Origin: the human T2T-CHM13v2.0 reference genome, Homo sapiens | Length of the DNA: 64,000 nucleotides | Assembly: GCF_009914755.1 (NCBI RefSeq) | Contig: NC_060946.1 | Reading direction: 5' to 3' (one strand) | Shown: positions 60,600 to 64,000 of the stretch, piece by piece | Numbering within the stretch: position 1 is the first letter of the stretch | How the letters are laid out: each line of letters begins with the position of its first letter | Position numbers and translations under genes: made by a program | The notes under the pieces: model-generated | Told to the model about the DNA's origin: nothing | The model's database searches: none | The model's input: only the letters and a program-made list of their open reading frames with translations

Positions 60600-61200
60600 C
60601 GCGATTCATCCATTCATTTGTTCAGCTAACATTTACCAGCGCCTGCTGCATGCCAGGCACTGTGCCAGGTGCAGGGGTACAGCAGGGACGTAGCATCCAC
60701 TCACAGTGCTCACACCAGACGGGCAGGGGTTGACAGTAACACATGTTACTAAGTGCTGCACTGTGGAGAACACTAAAGCAGAAGGTGGGGGACACGAGAT
60801 GGGGGTGGGGGACTGACACAGTGCCATGCAGAAGTGCTGGGTGAGTGGTGTGGCTGAGCAGGGGAGAGACAGCAGGTGCAAAGGCGCTGAGCAGACACTC
60901 CCTGGCCCCTGGAGGCCCCACCAGAGTGGCTGGAACCTGGTGCAGGAGTGTGGGTGGGGTGTCAGGGCCAGGTCCTGCAGGACTCAGTGGGCCCCAATGA
61001 GGCAGGAAGACCTTGGCAGGGTTGGAGCAGAGAAGAGACTGGAGCTGCCCTCCCAGGAGGAGCTAATCTACACTTTGAAAAGATCTCTCTGCTGAGGTGG
61101 GAAAATAGGCTAGGGTGGGGTAAGGCTGGGGGCCATGAGGGGCTACTGCAACATCCCAGGCAGAGAGGCTGCTGACCCAGGGGTGGGAGCTCTGGAGGCC
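60600..61200 (-). mobile_element. L2 fragment
   Basis: 'attcatccattcatttgttcag...tgccaggcactgtgccaggtgc' resembles the antisense L2 3' end. Confidence 0.6.
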
Positions 61201-61757
61201 CTGAGAAATGCAGGTGGGAGATTTGTTTTTTTAAAGCTGCAGCTTTTAAAGGACAGCTGCAGTTTTGGTCTGAACCAGTAGAAAGATGGAGCTGGTATTG
61301 GCTGAGAAGCAAGATACAGAAAAACCCATTCTGGAGAGGTGGGGAATTAGGAGGTGGGTCTGAGACCTGGAGAGCCATTGATGGGCACATGTGGCCAGAG
61401 GGAGAGCAAGGCTGGAGGTGGCAACCTGGAGCCCCTGGCACTGAGGTGTGTGGCAGGCCGGGGACCACGTGAGGTCACTTAGGGATCAAGGGTAGGTAGG
61501 ATCAGAAGAGGCTGAGCTGGGCTCCTGGGCCTCCACTGTGGGGAGGATGAGTTGAGAAGCATCGAGAAAGAGAGATTGAGGATTGACGGGCAAGTGAGGT
61601 GGAAGCACAGTCACAGTGGCGCCTCGGGAGGCTGGAGAAGAGCGGGTCCCAGAGAGCAGGTCCCCTGTGTCAAGCAGGCAGGGCATGCCCAGGGACTGAG
61701 CAATGCAGGCACAGCTGGCCACATGATTTTGGGGGCCCCCATTTGAAAATTATTAAG

Positions 61758-61890
61758 GGCCTGACATGATGGCGCACACCTGTAATCCTATACTATGGGA
61801 GACTGAGGTAGGAGGATCACTTGAAGTCAGGAGTTTGAGACCAGCCTGAGCAACATGTAAGAGCCTGTCTCTACAAAAGTAAAACTAAAA
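61758..61890 (+). repeat. FLAM/Alu left monomer
   Basis: Single Alu arm with A-rich end. Confidence 0.85.
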
Positions 61891-62703
61891 TTATGCATTC
61901 CAGAACAGCAACAGCAGAGCATTAAAACTGTATGGATGCCCAAGTGAGTGCCCAGGAAGCTGGCTGGTCACAGGGACCTCAAGGATAATATTGGGGATGT
62001 AGTGGCCCCTGTGGAGAAGGAAGGCCTGGAGGGTGGGCCCGCAACCTGCCTGCTGCCCAGTCCCCACAGCATTTCTCCTCCCTTCCCTGAGTGGGCGGGT
62101 GGGTTGCGTTGGACTTTCAGGGCCGCTGGAGTCAGTCACACCCAGCCTGTGAGCTTCACCTTGGCACCATGGCCCAGGGAACCCAAAGTGAAAACTGCAG
62201 CAGGCAATTGCCTGCTGCAATTCTTCACTAAATGTCTTGCTTCTTGCCCCTTGGTCTGTGGACCCTTGGGCAAGAGGCAGCAGGAGGCACATCTTGAGGT
62301 TGAGGTTTAGATGGTCCCATCAGCAGGCCCTGGACCTACATGGCCACAGCTTCACACAGCAATGGCTTCTTTGCGTTCATCTCTTTTCCAAAGGAAGCTG
62401 CCACATCACAGAGTTTTGAGTTATTTGCTTCTAAATTAAGGTGTAACTCTCTTTTAGAGACGTCCCTGGAGAATCCATCAAAAAGTGCTAAGAAGCGAGA
62501 CTGTTAAAAGCCACAGTGCAGGGAGGGGCCTTACACATAGTGTCAAGCCCGGGGGTGTTCCTTCTAGCAGCCTCCAACCAGAAACACACCCCGTCCCCGA
62601 GGGCTCAGCCAGGCCTCTCATGGCCATGGGGGACCGTGGTTGTGGTTAGAGCAAACCTTTCAGGAGACCCTTGGCCCCTGGGATGGAGAGCTGCCAGGAC
62701 AGA

Positions 62704-62830
62704 GGTCCCTTTGTGAGGTCTGCCCCTGTGAGTCACGGAGGCCAAGGTCCTTTGTGAGGTCTGCCCCTGTGAGGTCTGCTCCTTTGTGAGGTCTGCCCCT
62801 GTGAGTCATGGAGGCCAAGGTCCTCTGAGG
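62704..62830. repeat. Imperfect tandem repeat, ~41-bp unit
   Basis: 'cctttgtgaggtctgcccctgtgag' three times; two copies continue 'tca(c/t)ggaggccaaggt'. Confidence 0.8.
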
Positions 62831-64000
62831 TGTGGAGAGTGGACCTCATGTGCCCAGTGCCTTAGTAGGTCTGGGCAGCCCCGCATCTGGGCAGCATGGT
62901 CCCTCTCACCCTGGTTGGTCATAGGAAGGGTGGCTGAGGAGGAGGCTGTGCTGGAGGCTGGCATGGCAGTGAGGGCTGGCTCTTAGGCTGTGGCCCTGCT
63001 CCAGACAGGGCTGGTGGGGCCTCTATGTAGAACAGCGCCATGTTCCTGACCATGTTTCCTATGCCCTTTCCTGCTGCTATTTTTTTCCCCTTAGCACTCG
63101 CCACAGCGTGACCTGCTCCCTATTTGATTCATTCATCGTATGTGTTTGTGTAAGCTCCATGAGGGCAGGGACGTTGCGGAGTCACCATTGAGAATCGCCA
63201 CCCAGGGAGTCGCTGTGGAGGGACTGAATATTCGCAGACAGTCATGCCTCAGTGGCCCTGTCCAGCCCCTTTTGCCCTAGGGCTGAGCTGTGTGCTCGTG
63301 CGCTGCAGAACCCCTGCTCCAGCTCAACCCTCTGCTCCTAAGAGGTTGTACCTTTGGGTCCCCAGAGATGTGTCTCTGGGCCTCAGGTTTGGCCACCAAA
63401 CACAAACCACCCTCAGGTGGATGCTACCAGCTGGGCCCCGTCAGGCCCAACTGTGGGTTACTCTCAAGCCAGAGGCAGGTGGACAGATGCCTCGGGCTGA
63501 CGCCGGGCCACTCAGTGATGCAATGTGACTCAGTGGGGCCTTTGTCAGACACGGGGATTCACAGAGTGATGACCTTCAGAGGCATGTCTATGGAAAACTG
63601 TCCTAAGGGGATGAGCCAAGACCCTGAAGGTAGTAAAGGAACATGATGATGGTAGAGTGGCCTTTCCAGGTGGCCCCTGTGCCCCAAGATCAAGGAGTGG
63701 CCTCTCAGGCCAGTAGAGGAGCTCAGGGCAGGGGAAGGCACCAGGCCTGGGTAGAAGTCCAGCTCTGCCTGTGATGGTGACCCTGCGAATGCTTTCCACT
63801 CTCTGGGCCTTCCTTGCCTTTGAGTTGGAAGCTCTGGGCTGGGTCAAGTGTACAGATAGTTTCCTTCCTTATCTCAACTCTGGAGTGACCGTCCAAAGCA
63901 TGCTGTGCTGAAGAGGATTCTAAGGCTGTGCTGCAGCCCAGAGGGAAAGAGTCATGGTCGATTAGTGATGTCTGCAGCGGGCACGGGAGGCAGGATTTAG

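Overview
Primate (almost certainly human) genomic DNA. I recognise the locus from protein sequence as chr22q11.2: the last three coding exons of RSPH14/RTDR1 lie on the minus strand (50996-46325), and a CpG-island promoter with a non-coding first exon at ~57.0-57.44 kb matches GNAZ, which is nested antisense in an RSPH14 intron. The first 46 kb look like a repeat desert: ~25 Alus, solo LTRs (LTR12C, LTR1, MER41B, MER50-like and others), two two-LTR proviruses (MER4 on +, MER57 on -) and a near full-length L1PB. Removing the repeats reveals four exons of a dead, intron-containing sodium/glucose cotransporter gene (SLC5A1/SLC5A4 family, exons 12-15) on the + strand. Exon order, phases and sizes match SGLT1 as I recall it, and there is a terminal stop and AATAAA. 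Exon 12 is cut in two by a 9.1-kb MER4 provirus. This candidate lost SGLT paralogue is the main finding. I cannot check whether it is already annotated, and all repeat and protein assignments come from recalled consensus sequences, not database searches.
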